From assembly GCA_034780895.1 (NCBI GenBank), contig JAUZTB010000057.1, positions 27,731,410-27,795,409 on the forward strand: DNA of 64,000 nt. Direction: 5' to 3'. This document shows positions 50,950 through 63,540 of the stretch, one piece after another (the stretch's first letter is position 1; the number at the start of each line of letters is the position of its first letter). The position numbers and the translations under genes are program-made. The DNA comes from Rhynchobatus australiae (Eukaryota). The notes under the pieces are model-generated. The model did no database searches and was not told the DNA's origin. It saw only the letters and a list, made by a program, of their open reading frames with translations.

Positions 50950-51620
50950 TGGAATTGACTGACAAAAGGCATATGAAATTTAACAGAGAAGTGTAAAAGA
51001 GACAATATAATATAAAGGGGGTTCACAAACTGACACACCTGGGTTTTTATGTACACAAATCTGGAAGGTAGATGGTAGGTTGAGAAAACTACTAAAAAAA
51101 ACCATACTGGATTCTAGCCTTCATAAACCGAGGCAGAGCAGAGCAAAACACAAGCTACGAACCTCTACAAAGCACTAGTTTGGCTCATTAGTGTACTGTT
51201 CACCATATTTGGTGCAGGAATGATGCAGAAACTATTTATTGGAATAGTCCCAGGAACAGCGACTAATGTTTTAAGGAAAGCATGGAGTCATATAGCAAAG
51301 GTGAGGAAGAAGTGTGAGAGAGGTGTTTAAATAATGTAGGAAGAGTAGATGGAGAGAATCTGCCCCCAATGGTGGAAGGGTCATGAAATGGAGAACACAG
51401 ACTTAAAGTGATCAGCAAAAGACCAAAAGATGACGAGAGGAAAAATACCTTTTACGTAATGTGTGGTTGGCATCTAGAATACATTGTCTCACAAGGTGGA
51501 AAGAGCACCTTCAATTATGGCTCTGAAATGCAAACAGGATCAGTACTGGAAAGAAAAAATGCAGGACTATGGGAAAGGGGGCGGATGGGACTAGCTGTAC
51601 TGCTCTTGCAAAGTGGTGGC
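50950..51620 (+). mobile_element. Old CR1 3' fragment; further CR1 tails at ~53570-53890 and ~58480-58720 (-)
   Basis: decayed ADKWxMKFNxEKC and GHRLKVIxKR-like motifs. Confidence 0.6.
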
Positions 51621-52725
51621 TCCTGGGTGTTGCCATCTATAGACAATTCAGTCTTTGACATACTCCATGAAAAAACCTAGCACCAAGACAGAACGAGCTA
51701 TGGAATCATTAAGGCAGCATAGCCAAGGCTGATTTCATTCTTACTTGACATCTATATTATTAAGTTCACCAAACAGGATCAATAGATAAAAATCATCACT
51801 AGATATCAGAACAGACTTTCCTTTCCAAAGATTTAACAACTTCTTTAGCTTCCCAAAGTTGGGATTTATGTAGTTCAATCTTATACTGGAAAGAATTTTA
51901 CAAAAACATCNNNNNNNNNNNNNNNNNNNNNNNNNNNNNNNNNNNNNNNNNNNNNNNNNNNNNNNNNNNNNNNNNNNNNNNNNNNNNNNNNNNNNNNNNN
52001 NNNNNNNNNNTTACATTTCATGGACAAACTCCATGTGAGGTTCGTACCAGGAAAAATGCCTTGGAGAACTGTGTTCTAGTGAGTGGCCAGTGCTAACTTG
52101 TACTGTAACTGCATGGTGATATGTGAAACAGCCACCACAACACATCAATGTTTAATCATTAGCAAGAGAACAGGAATCTACAGAGATAATCAAACCAGCA
52201 TCAGATGGATGTGTGAAAGATTTTAAAGAAAATGGAACAAGAACATGCTCTGACTCACTGTACAATGTTGGATCTTGTTCTTGAGGGGTGTGGATGGAAC
52301 AATTTAGGGTGAAGGAGGATAGTGTGGCAGTTAGTTGGATCTTGTCCAAGTAGCTATTTCTAATGCAAGCAGTGAGCACTACCAGGTTATTTCACATCGA
52401 CAACCTGATCCTGTCTTCAGCCAATCAGCACACATGCATTTTTCAGTGCAGAAGGCAAGTTGTTAATGATCAGAGCTCCAGGGATCTCTTGGTCAATACA
52501 GCTCAGGTACCCAATAGAAGACTTAGACACAATGACCACCAAATCAGGAAGATTTTTTAAAATTCTTTTCTGGTATTCCTGTAACCCCAAGTATGCATGT
52601 CAATAAATGACGAACAAAANNNNNNNNNNNNNNNNNNNNNNNNNNNACTTAGACTGAGTTTTAGTAGGATGTTTAAAACAGTCAAGGTGCTTATTTACTT
52701 TTCACTAGTATTCAACACACTTCAC

Positions 52726-53053
52726 CTGGCTCTAGCAGCATGTGTATGTGGAAAAGTAGATTTGTAGCTTTCTGGAAAAACATCTACTATAGGACGAGGG
52801 GAACCCCCTGACAATTCCAGAGGTTTTCGGCCCCGCCTCCTCAGCTCAGAAGCCTCTCTGTTGGGAATCTTGGCCATTCTGCTGTTTGGAGCAACGGTCT
52901 CTGTATCTTGGCTTGTTATGGATTTCTGGGCACCACTCCCCTGCCTGAATGTTGCTGTAACTCCTGTTGGCTTCATTCTCAATGAATTTCTAATTGCTGG
53001 TCTTGGTTGGACGATGTCATCCATATAAGCAAGGTGGTTAGGTTCAACATCTC
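52726..53053 (-). CDS. TRAFD1: TRAFD1 exon: (G)DVEPNHLAYMDDIVQPRP...VDVFPESYKSTFPHTHAARA
   Basis: atgcag acceptor, gtgaag donor; ORF 52722..53180; phase 1-2 fits neighbours. Confidence 0.85.
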
Positions 53054-54053
53054 CTGCATTCACAGAACAAACATCATGAAGAGCATTGCAAGCATCAGTT
53101 TTAAAAACATACAAAATAAAAATTACTCTTGCATATTCACTTTTTGCAAATATAATTACAGCACGTGAAGCATTCATCAACCCTACCGCAACCCCTCACT
53201 ATTCACCTGCACCCAGGACAAACATTTACAAAGTCTAAGAAACACATGAAGTTCAAGTTTCCCCAGTGATTCCAGGATAGTTCAGGCTTACTAAATGCTC
53301 AATTTAATCCTTCACTGTATGCAGTCAGCATGTTGCAACGTGACAGGAAGAAAGCCACTGGGACCAGCATCCTAAGCTGGAGATAAAAGTAGAACAAAAG
53401 ACACACAAAAGAAGAGCTGCACTTGCTGCCTCTGATGGCTCTAAATGGACAAGGGCAATACTCTAATATCCCAACAAATGAATTCGGTCTCCTCCTATCA
53501 GGGAAGTGGATGAAGAATAACTGGTTTAATAAAGAACTGCACCCCAGAACATTTAATTTCAGAGCATGACACAAGAATGTACAAAATAGAAACAGGAGTA
53601 GACCATTCAGCGCTCTCACTGCTTTCCTACATAATTCCATTTCCTTAATGCCCAAAATCAATTTCACTCTTTAATGTACTTGAGCACCTGACCCTCTGGA
53701 TGAAGAATCTCTTCTCATCTACATCCTGAATGACTGGACCCTTACCTTGACACTATGACCCCTGATTCCAGACACCCTTGGGAAGAAATCTGTGCATCTC
53801 ATTCTTCTAAATTCTACCGTTATGGGTCCAGTCTACTTAGTCTCTTGTCATAGGTCAATTGCCCTCCTCCCAGGAATCAGAGTAGGGAACACTCTCTGGT
53901 TGGGGGCCAAGGGATAAAAATATTTCCCCCCCTCTCACATTTACCCACCACAAACCTTCCTCAACCAAAACATTAGCTCACTCCATCTGCTCGAGTAGGA
54001 CTGCAGCTCCGACCCAAAGTGAAATAAAACTACTAATGGCCTCTTGCATTTAC

Positions 54054-54180
54054 CCTGGTGTCTCTGTCGCCGAATGGGTGCGTCCAGAATCTCTCTCGAC
54101 TCGGTCTTAGTAACTGGGAATGGTTGATCAGCTTCTTGATCAGGTGGTCTTGCTGTTAGTGGTCGCAAATCACACTGATC
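54054..54180 (-). CDS. TRAFD1: TRAFD1 exon: DQCDLRPLTARPPDQEADQPFPVTKTESREILDAPIRRQRHQ(G)
   Basis: aatcag acceptor, gtaaat donor; DQCDxRP...RRxRHQG matches TRAFD1 (recalled). Confidence 0.9.
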
Positions 54181-56324
54181 CTGATTACAGGAAGAGACAC
54201 AAATGAAGTTTTGGAACATTAATGTTCTTTACTTACACTGTTGTATGACAGAACCAGACCTTACTCTGCTACTTAAATTGCACCAAGTTTCTTTATTTTC
54301 TTTTTATTCAAGATGTTAGCAAGGCTAAGCACAAAAAAATTGAAATGGAACTTTGTCAGCTGGTTTTTGCCATGAGGGCCCCAGTTTAAGCAGAACTGCT
54401 ACTGGTNNNNNNNNNNNNNNNNNNNNNNNNNNNNNNNNNNNNNNNNNNNNNNNNNNNNNNNNNNNNNNNNNNNNNNNNNNNNNNNNNNNNNNNNNNNNNN
54501 NNNNNNNNNNNNNAGATTTTGCAGTTAGCAGCAAAAACAACCAATCTGCAAAAAAAAAACTATAATACTTAGCTTGTGTGGATCTCCCAAAGGCAATTTA
54601 CTGAGCAAAGGGTGCACATCTCATCATTGAGCTGTTGTAAACATCACTTTGCAAAAGACCCACAAATTAAAAATGCAAAAAAAAGTTGGTACTTTTGAAA
54701 CTAACCATTGTCCTAATGTTGGAAATGCAGCAGGCAGTTTACAGATATCAAGTTCTGACAGAAGGAAGAAAATAATGACGATACCCTTTACACTAACTGT
54801 TGGCTGGAGCACTGAGAGAACTGCCCTGCTCTTCAAAATACAAAATCATTTACATCAAACTCAAGAGCAGCCTTACTTAATTTCTGATAAAGGATCCACT
54901 GTTTAAAGCAGTCCAAGATCAATTGCTTGCATAGTCATTACAAAGAGTGATTTCAAATCACAGCCACTTCCTGCAATTTACTTCAAGGATCTATGTCAAT
55001 AAGACACTGAAAAAGAGACACCATCATTATACTGTTACCTGAAGAATAAGAAAAGCATCTTCTGTAAGGATTAACTGAATAGCAGTTTTAAAGCAGTTAA
55101 ATTGAATGCACAGGATCCACAGAGACTGGTTAACAAAAATATCCATATTATTCCAAAATACTTAAACTATGTAAACACTTGTGTGCAGGACAAAAGCAAT
55201 TGCACTGATACATATAATTCCACAAACTACTAAATTCATTGGCTCACACCAGGGATCATCCAGGCTCAAAATGAACAGCTTTAGCTTCATGACTCCACAC
55301 AGAAGTTCTAAACTTAGAAACAAGAAATATGATCGGATGTTTTACTTGTTCTTCTGACCTTGCCAATCTACTTTCTCCCTACTTTTGAAGATTGAGTATA
55401 CACACACATATAAAAAGTTTTACTTCCCAGCAATTCTTTCTAAATAAAACATCCTATATTCCTCTAATGAAAGCTGGTCAACCTGATGTGTTGACACTGT
55501 TTTTCCTTCTGAAGATCCTGCTCCACCTGCTGAGAATTTCCAGCATGTTCTGCTTTTATTTCACATTCACCCGAATTCCTCCTGACCCATCTCCTCACCT
55601 GTTCACATTCTCAAGTTGCCTACAAGTTACCTGTTAAGTAGTCATGTTCTGTGGCAACATTTACAAATTGAGACACCATACGTCCTATACCCACATGTAC
55701 AGAAGATTCTTCTGGCAATTATCTTCCAAATGACCCTGCAAAATTGGAAGGATTCTTCATGGCAGTGGACCCAAGTGGTACTGAAGAACTCAATGTCAAT
55801 CAATAGGGCTTCATTTAGCAGTTTACAAGCACAACAGGTCTTAAACCATCCACAGTCAATGCCATAGATCAGCCAGTTACTTATAAATAGATTATAGGCA
55901 GTAAATTATTCATGATAAATCCTAAGAGGCACTTCTGAACATCAGCAGACACCTATAAATTCCCATCTCCAGCTTTTAACAGGGCAGTCAAGTCTCATCC
56001 AATATTAACGACTGGATCATCACATTTATGCTGCTGAAAATTTTATCTAATAAAATTACATTCTGAAACAGTGAACATCAGAAGATTGAACTGAGAAATG
56101 AAAGTGACTGAGCATTCCTGTTGTGGTGCAATCACACAAAGCACAAAATACAAACCATATGCCATGCTACTGAACAAATAAAGAAGTCATTACAAGATAG
56201 CAAATTGTATACAAAATTGATCAGTGATAGCACAAACATTTGTTAATTAATCACTAATGAGGTATTAAAATAATAAGAAATTTCACATAGTCAAAGTATC
56301 AGTATATTAATGAACAGCAAAAAT

Positions 56325-56685
56325 ATTAATGGCAGCCCAGTGACATTGCAGGTAACACACCTGTCTCACAGCTCCAATGACCCTGGTTTGATTCCCACCT
56401 CTCATGTTACATGTGGAATTTGTAAATTCTTTGTGTGACTGTATGGAATTCCCTGGGTGCTCCAGTTTCTTCCCACATAGACATACAGATTGGTAGGTTA
56501 ATATAAAGTATTCCTAGTGTGGGTAGTTGATGAGAGAATCAAAGGGGAGTTAATGGGCACCTATGAGAGAACATTTTGCAGGGAAATAAGAGGAGAAATG
56601 GGAACGATAAGATTGTTCTGACAGCTGGCGTAGACTCAAATGGGCCAAATTGCCTCCTCCTACGATGTAAGGAAATACAACATAA
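56325..56685 (+). mobile_element. tRNA-derived V-SINE
   Basis: tRNA-like head (cacagctccaatgaccctggtttgattcc) + ctgggtgctccagtttcttcccaca V-domain. Confidence 0.8.
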
Positions 56686-57626
56686 ATTCGTACAGCGACA
56701 AGGACTGGTGAAGTTAGAGCTTCAGATCAGATAATCAATAAAGGCTAATGCATCATTAATAAATGCAGGCAGCAGTGAATACCTACAGTCAACAATGCAC
56801 ACTAGCAAATACCTCAATGGAAAAGCATATGTTATTATATAAATAGTACAGCAATAATAAATTAATGTAATAATGGAAGCAATGAATAACTCAAAACAGC
56901 AAGTATACTAGTAAATTCAAGGTGTTAGAGCCCACAAGATCACAGAATATATGATGTAGAGGAGACTGCTACAAAGAGGAAACCAAGGGCCATGAAGTGA
57001 TTTTTTTACCTCAAAAAGGAAATAGGTACAACTTCAGGAGAGAGATTTGTGATATTTTCTAGCTAAAACCAGCAACCACGTGGATGGGCAAGACTTAACA
57101 TTTGGAAGTATTATAAGTTGAGAGGTCATGGACTGTGCACACCAGCGACAAACACGGCCTGTGGTACAAATTTACCTGCGGCCCCAACAAATGTATGCTC
57201 CACAATGTTACCAGAAAGAGCATTTTTGTTTGTCTCATAAGGATGTACAAGTTATCAAACTAAATCTTCCTTCTGAGGGCAATATTGCAACATTGATATA
57301 ACAGAAGATGAAACCCTTTTACGTCTGGGCAAAGAACAGATTCAAATATGAGAGTTGTGCAGCAGATTCCGTTGTTACCAAACATGCCCAACTAAAATTA
57401 CCAACCTTCACATTTTATGGAAGTATCATGTAGCCTTTTTTTAAAAAAAAAGGCAGGTGAATTACAATCCTCCATTGGTTTTGCACATATATTAAAATCC
57501 CACATACATGTGAACTAACAAATCTTTTCTGAGGTAAAGTCTTCTAGACGTGAACAGTTCTCAATACAAAGGCACTTTAAGTATTGCTGTTAGAGCAGAA
57601 TGGTTTAGCTAGGAACAACATTTTAC

Positions 57627-57887
57627 CTGATGATGATATAACACATCTTCTTCCAACGCTATACCACAGAACTCACAAGGAATCATGACATCTCCATGGC
57701 TTGAACCTCCAATCGGACCATATGATGGCAGTGAAAGATCTTCAGAAAAGTATTCTGGGTTCACATGATGATGCTGGGAGAATATGTCATTTGTCCTGGG
57801 TACAGAGACCCTTTGCAATGGCAGTGGTGGTATAAGTGTGGTATTTTTACTGAATGATGCAAAGGCACTTACAGGATTACAGCCAGT
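57627..57887 (-). CDS. TRAFD1: TRAFD1 exon: TGCNPVSAFASFSK...VMIPCEFCGIALEEDVLYHHQ (zinc-finger repeat)
   Basis: ttgcag acceptor, gtaaaa donor; PCEFC-x-HQ zinc finger typical of TRAFD1/XAF1; ORF 57609..57893. Confidence 0.93.
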
Positions 57888-59645
57888 CTGCAAAAGACAA
57901 TTCTAATCAATTCTCTGAAAGTGGCAAACAGAGGGGGGCAGAGGAGGAGTTGAGAAGCTAGAGAGTGAAAAAGGAAAAACGAAAGAAAACAAAATGCTTA
58001 CTGTTTACCATAACTTAATAGCTGATGGCATCTTCTAACCTATGAATTTGTTTCCAATAGAGATCTGCTGTTTAGATTGTACTTGTTTTATACTGGAAGT
58101 GAATTTATTTATTTAATTTTAAGCTGTCTGCTCTGGATTTGAGTTTTGGCATTTTTTATTAAAAAGAAATTTACCTTGCTTTAAAAGTGTGTGTTTGCGA
58201 TCAGGCCCCATATTTGGATACCTGACCAACTTGTACAGAGTTTTGGATTGGATAAAATCATTCACCACAATTTAATTGCAAGTTATTTTATCATCATGAC
58301 ATCCAATTAAATAGGTCCAGGCCTCTGGATTACTAGTCCAATAACTAATCACAATGCCACCATATGCTGCCCTTGGTTGATCGCAATCAAATTCAGTTTT
58401 TGTCTCAAGCTTAAAAAACTTAATTACTCATTATACTATAACCAGTTAGTAATTAATTAAACATTATAAAATTTCTAATCCTACCTGGGTAAAAATCTTT
58501 GATACATCACATCTACTACAGTACAGGTACACGTCATTCAACCTAACTAATCCATATCTATCTGACCTCTCTTCTTCCTCACGTGGATCAATACATTTCC
58601 CCAGACTATCCACTAAATTTAACATTTCTACCACTCCCTGTGCAAAGAACTCTGCTCTAAATTTCCAAGAAGACTTCAAGATTATCTTATATTTAGGACT
58701 GCTAGTTTTTGAATCCCATAAGAAAAACAGTCAACCTCCGATAACCTGCTATGCTATTATTCAGAAATCCTGACTGTTCGCATCTGGCTCACTGGGCGAT
58801 GTTCCCATGCTCCCTTGAAGCTCAACAGGATGCATTCCCCACACTCTCTTGAAACCTAATGGGTTCACTGGAAATTATACTACTATGTAAATTCTTAAAA
58901 AGTTAGTTAAAAGTGTGTTGGGGTGTCAATGGGAAGAATGTCTAATAATATGGAAAATCTGTCAGACCAGCATCAAAGCCCTGAACATACAGGACTAATG
59001 GACCTTCATTACAACTTCTCTCTGTATACTTCAGCTCTTTTTCAAGGCTATGTCAGTATTATGTATTTTTCCATTTCAGAATGATATGAAAACAATGAGA
59101 AAATAAAAGATATTCTTCCTCTGATTGCATAAATATTTCAAAGTTTATTTTCAATTAATTATCTGCCTATTACTACTATTTAGCATCACTGAATCAAAAT
59201 GTATCCAAGTCCATAAACAAAATGGAACAAATCTGAACTTCAGTTAATCCTTAATCCATGCCACTAACTCTTTAAAAGAAAGATGGGGTAAAAGTGAAGC
59301 GGTTATCTCAGATAGAAAACAGATACTTGGCCCACTTTTCACTATTTTTGTCCTTGTTTTGATGGCAATTACCAAGAGCTTTCAGCAACGTCATAATATG
59401 GCTGCATTCATACAATTCAATTGTGGAAGAGCAAAAACAATGGCAAATCAGATTAGTTAGACCAAATATGGTGAGGAACAATACAAATTGTTCTTAGAAA
59501 GTGTGTTTAATATTGAAGACATTTAAATTACGAGCAACAGTGCTACAAGAAAATACTACCATAAGAATCAATAGTGGGAGCACATGAAACAAGGTCTAAA
59601 GCTGAATCAATCAATTGCTAAGAAACCATATTGGCCAGACTGTAC

Positions 59646-59713
59646 CTGATGAAGAATTAATTCTTCTTCAGGGAAAAGTTCTTCACAGAATTCACAAGGC
59701 AACATTGCGACAC
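59646..59713 (-). CDS. TRAFD1: TRAFD1 exon: (G)VAMLPCEFCEELFPEEELILHQ (zinc finger)
   Basis: poly-T + cag acceptor, gtacag donor; matches human MLPCEFCEELYPEELLIDHQ (recalled); upstream exons not found in the window. Confidence 0.92.
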
Positions 59714-60681
59714 CTGAAAAAAAAAGTTCAGTTACTGAAAATTAAAATTAGTGCAACTCTTTTTTTTAAATCCAGTCTATCAGATAAAAATTTTCAAAGC
59801 ACAAAATTAGAGGTCTCAACAAAGCCCTTTGTGGATGTAATCCGAAGTACAAGGCTGCCATCACATTTCAAGTTAATCAGCAAGTCAGAGAGGGACAGAG
59901 ACAAATTGGGAATTGACTCGTGTCTTTACTTGTATTTTGACTGTTCAATACTATCATTAGGTAACAAATTTTAAATCTGTTCAATCCACACTTGCACAAC
60001 AATGATTAAAAAACTTATAACATTCAAGATAAATCTCCTTAAATTTCAGCAATGCTTGAAATGAAACTCATAGGACCCCATAAAGTGGAACCTCAAGGAT
60101 TTCCCCTCAGTGGCTCATTTAATGCAATTACCAAACTTTTCCCCCATGACTCATGGCAGTTGACGCAACAATGATTCAATAAACCGCACAAACCAGGACA
60201 ATCTCTAATTTAGCCAGGTGCCAAGTCTGCTGATCCCTGCTGAGCTAGCGGTTTGACAGGGCTCAAATCAGTATCAGAAAGCTTGGGCTGAGGAATTTTG
60301 CCTACTATTCCTGACCTAAATAATAATCCAGCATTTCCCTCAGAAGTGGACATGGTGAGAACATGATACACATATAATAATTTATCATGAAGTTGCCTTT
60401 CCAACTTATCAAGTCTCCATAAAATTACACTCATCTGAGAAAAGTGCCACACTTGATATCAATGGATTTCCTTCCCAGCAAGGAGTCAAATTTTTAAGTA
60501 AACAGGGAATTTTGCTGTGAATATTTGAGTTTATTGAAGGAATTCACATCGGAATAACATACTTTCAATCACGTTATTAAATTAAACATGTGCAATTGTT
60601 TGTGGATGTAACTGCAAGTTATGATGGGAAGCTTTGATCAAAGACCTTGCCTTAAAGTTGCAAAGGATGAACTTTAATATA

Positions 60682-62107
60682 CAGTAGCATGCAAAAGTTT
60701 GGGCACCCCTGGTCAAAATTTCTATTACTGTGAATAGCTAAGCAACTAAAAGATGACCTGATTTCCAAAAAGGCATAAAGTTAAAGATGACACATTTCTT
60801 TAATATTTTAAGCAAGATTACTTTTTTATTTCCATCTTTTACAGTTTCAAAATAACAAAAAAGGAAAAGGGCCCGAAGCAAAAGTTTGGGCACCCTGCAT
60901 GGTCAGTACTTAGTAACACCCCCTTTGGCAAGTATCACAGCTTGTAAACACTTTCTGTAGCCAGCTAAGAGTCTTTCAATTCTTGTTTGAGGGATTTTCA
61001 CCCATTCTTCCTTGCAGAAGGCTTCTAGTTCTGAGAGATTCTTGGGCTGTCTTGCATGCACTGCTCTTTTGAGGTCTATCCACAGATTTTCGATGATGTT
61101 TAGCTTGGGGGACTGTGAGGACCACGGCAGAACCTTCAGCTTGCGCCTCTTGAGGTAGTCCATTGGATTTTGAGGTGTTTGGGATGGTTATCCTGTTGTA
61201 GAAGCCATCCTCCTTTCATCTTCAGCTTTTTTTTACAGACGGTGTGATGTTTGCTTCCAGGATTTGCAGATATTTAGCTGAATTCATTCTTTCCTCTACC
61301 AGTGAAATGTTCCAAAATACATTAGGCTTGTTTAGAGGTTCCTTTTCAGACTTCTGACGCTGAATTTTGTGGTGAGGATGCAGGATCAGTTTTCTTCTGA
61401 TGACTCTTCCATGAAGGTCATATTTTTGCAGGTGTCGCTGCACAGTAGAACAGTGCACCCCCACTCCAGAGTCTCCCAAATCTTCCTGAAGGTCTTTTGC
61501 AGTCAAACGGGAGTTTTGATTTGCCCTTCTAGCAATCCTATGAGTAGTTCTCTCGGAAAGTTTTCTTGGTCTTCCAGATCTCAACTTGACCTCCACCATC
61601 CTGTTTCTTAATTACATTACGAACTGAGGAAACGGCTACATGAAAATGCTTTGCTATCTTCTTAGCCTTCTCCTGCTTTGTGGACATTATTTATTTTAAT
61701 TTTCAGAGTGCTAGGGAGCTGCTTAGAGGAGCCTGTGGCTGCTGATTGTTGGGATGAGGTTTGAGGAGTCAGGATATTTACAAAGCTTTGAAATTTGCAT
61801 CACCTGGCCTTTCCTAATGATGACTGTGAACAAGCCATAGCCCTAACAAGCTAATGAAGGTCTGAGACCTTGGTAAAGTTATCTGAGAGCTCAAATCTCT
61901 TGGGGTGCCCAAACTTTTGCATTGTGCTCCTTTCCTTTTTTCACTCTAAAATTGTAGAAAACAAAAATAATACACTAATCTTGCTTAAAGTGTTGAAAAG
62001 AATGTTTCATCTTTATGACTTTTGGAGAACAGTTCACCTTCTACTCACTTAACTATTCACAGTAACAGAAATTTTGACCGGGGTGCCCAAATTTTTGCAT
62101 GCCACTG
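60682..62107 (-). mobile_element. Tc1/mariner DNA transposon, IR/DR type, non-autonomous (internally deleted)
   Basis: TA-CAGTAGCATGCAAAAGTTTGGGCACCCC at the left end and its reverse complement + TA at the right; ~210 bp imperfect inverted repeats with an inner repeat of GCAAAAGTTTGGGCACCC; transposase remnants inside. Confidence 0.95.
60903..61736 (-). pseudogene. Degenerate Tc1 transposase (DD34E-like)
   Basis: ORFs 61222..61599 (RSGRPRK AT-hook/HTH) and 60903..61163 (WxSQSPxLNIIENLW); likely start codon lost, frameshifts, first-Asp (WTDE) segment deleted near 61311. Confidence 0.92.
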
Positions 62108-62109
62108 TA

Positions 62110-62445
62110 GGTATGGTAAGTCTTTTTCCCAGGGTAGCGGAATCCAAAACTAGAGGGCATCTGTTAAGGGTGAGAGGGGAAAGATTTAAAAGGGACCTGA
62201 GGGACAACTCTTTCATACAGAGGGTGGTGAGTGTATGGAATGAGCTGCCAGAGGAAACAGATGAGGCAGGTACAATATTATCATTCAATAAGTACTTGGA
62301 TAGGTACATAGAGTGTGGGGCTTGGATGCAGGAAAGGCTGAATGCAGGAAATTGGGATGAGTTGTGTGGGCACCATGGTTGGCATGGACTAGTTGGGCGG
62401 AAGGGCCTGTATCCATGCTGTGTTGCTCTATGACTCCATGATTCA
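62110..62445 (+). mobile_element. CR1-clade LINE 3' fragment
   Basis: SLFPRVAESKTRGH...FIQRVVSVWNELP in ORF 62074..62433; ends in a tandem ctatga/ccatga tail. Confidence 0.9.
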
Positions 62446-62739
62446 AATGCTTAATACTATGATAGTTCCCCAAAGCACAAGGCACAATAAAACACATAAA
62501 AACAGTCTATTTAGCCTAAATGGTCTGTGCCAGTGTAAATGTTTCACCTGAGCCTTGGGCTTACTGATGTCACAACTTAATTTTTTCTCATTCAACTATC
62601 AGTAAATCTTATTCTCTCTACCTCTAACTTTATTTCAAATGTTCCTGTACTAGTCACCTCAGCTACTCCTTGTGGTAACACATCTGCTCCTCCTACTTCA
62701 ATTTTTTTTATATAGTCATACTGAGGTGGTGAGGACTAT

Positions 62740-63032
62740 CCCATCTTATTCTCCAATAAAACAATAAAATCCCATTTTAATCTTCCCACATTCTCATAAT
62801 TCCCCCCAGATTCCATGACTCATTTGCACATTAATAGGACACTGTAAATTACCCTTAATCAACCAACACCGATGGCTTTGGCATGTTGGAGGAAACTGGA
62901 ACACTCAGGAAACACATGCAGTCACAGGGAGAACATGCAAACTCTACACAGACAGCACTAGAGGCCATGATTAAATCTGGCTTGCTGGAGCTGTGAGGCA
63001 GTTGCTTTACTAGTTGTGCTATTGCCCCACCC
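62740..63032 (-). mobile_element. tRNA-derived V-SINE
   Basis: ggaggaaactggaacactcaggaaacacatgcagtcacagggagaacatgcaaactc = reverse complement of the V-domain; head at ~63030. Confidence 0.8.
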
Positions 63033-63267
63033 AAGTCATATTCCTTACACCTTTTGAACAAATTTACTGAACATGACAATTTCATGACCAAAATGTCTTG
63101 CTGTCCCTTTTGATAAAATCTACTAACTCTATAAAACTGTGATTGTATTATCATTTTGTAAGGAGAGNNNNNNNNNNNNNNNNNNNNNNNNNNNNNNNNN
63201 NNNNNNNNNNNNNNNNNNNNNNNNNNNNNNNNNNNNNNNNNNNNNNNNNNNNNNNNNNNNNNNNNNN

Positions 63268-63540
63268 CCAGAATTTGCTGGTATTTAATTGAATTCATTC
63301 TTCCCTCTACCAGTGAAATGTTCCCCGTGCCACTGGCTGCAACATAAGCCCAAAGCATGATCGATCCACTCCTGTGCTTAACAATTGGAGAGGTGTTCTT
63401 TTCATGAAATTCTGCACCCTTTTTTCTCCAAACTTTCCTACGTCCTCAACATAAAATTCAGCACCAGAAGTTTGCAAAGGAACATCTAAACAAGCCTGAT
63501 GCATTCTGGAAACAAGTCCTGTGGACTGATGAAGTTAAAA
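63268..63540. mobile_element. Rearranged fragment of the same Tc1 family, two pieces in opposite orientation
   Basis: - strand 63268-63433 encodes ...SIMLWAYVAASGTGNISLVEGRMNSIKYQQIL; + strand ~63430-63540 encodes LRPQHKIQHQKFAKEHLNKPDAFWKQVLWTDEVK. Confidence 0.9.

Noticed and set aside
60210-60452. 80-aa minus-strand ORF as a possible upstream TRAFD1 exon
   Set aside because: No recognisable TRAFD1 similarity and no convincing splice-site pair in the right phase
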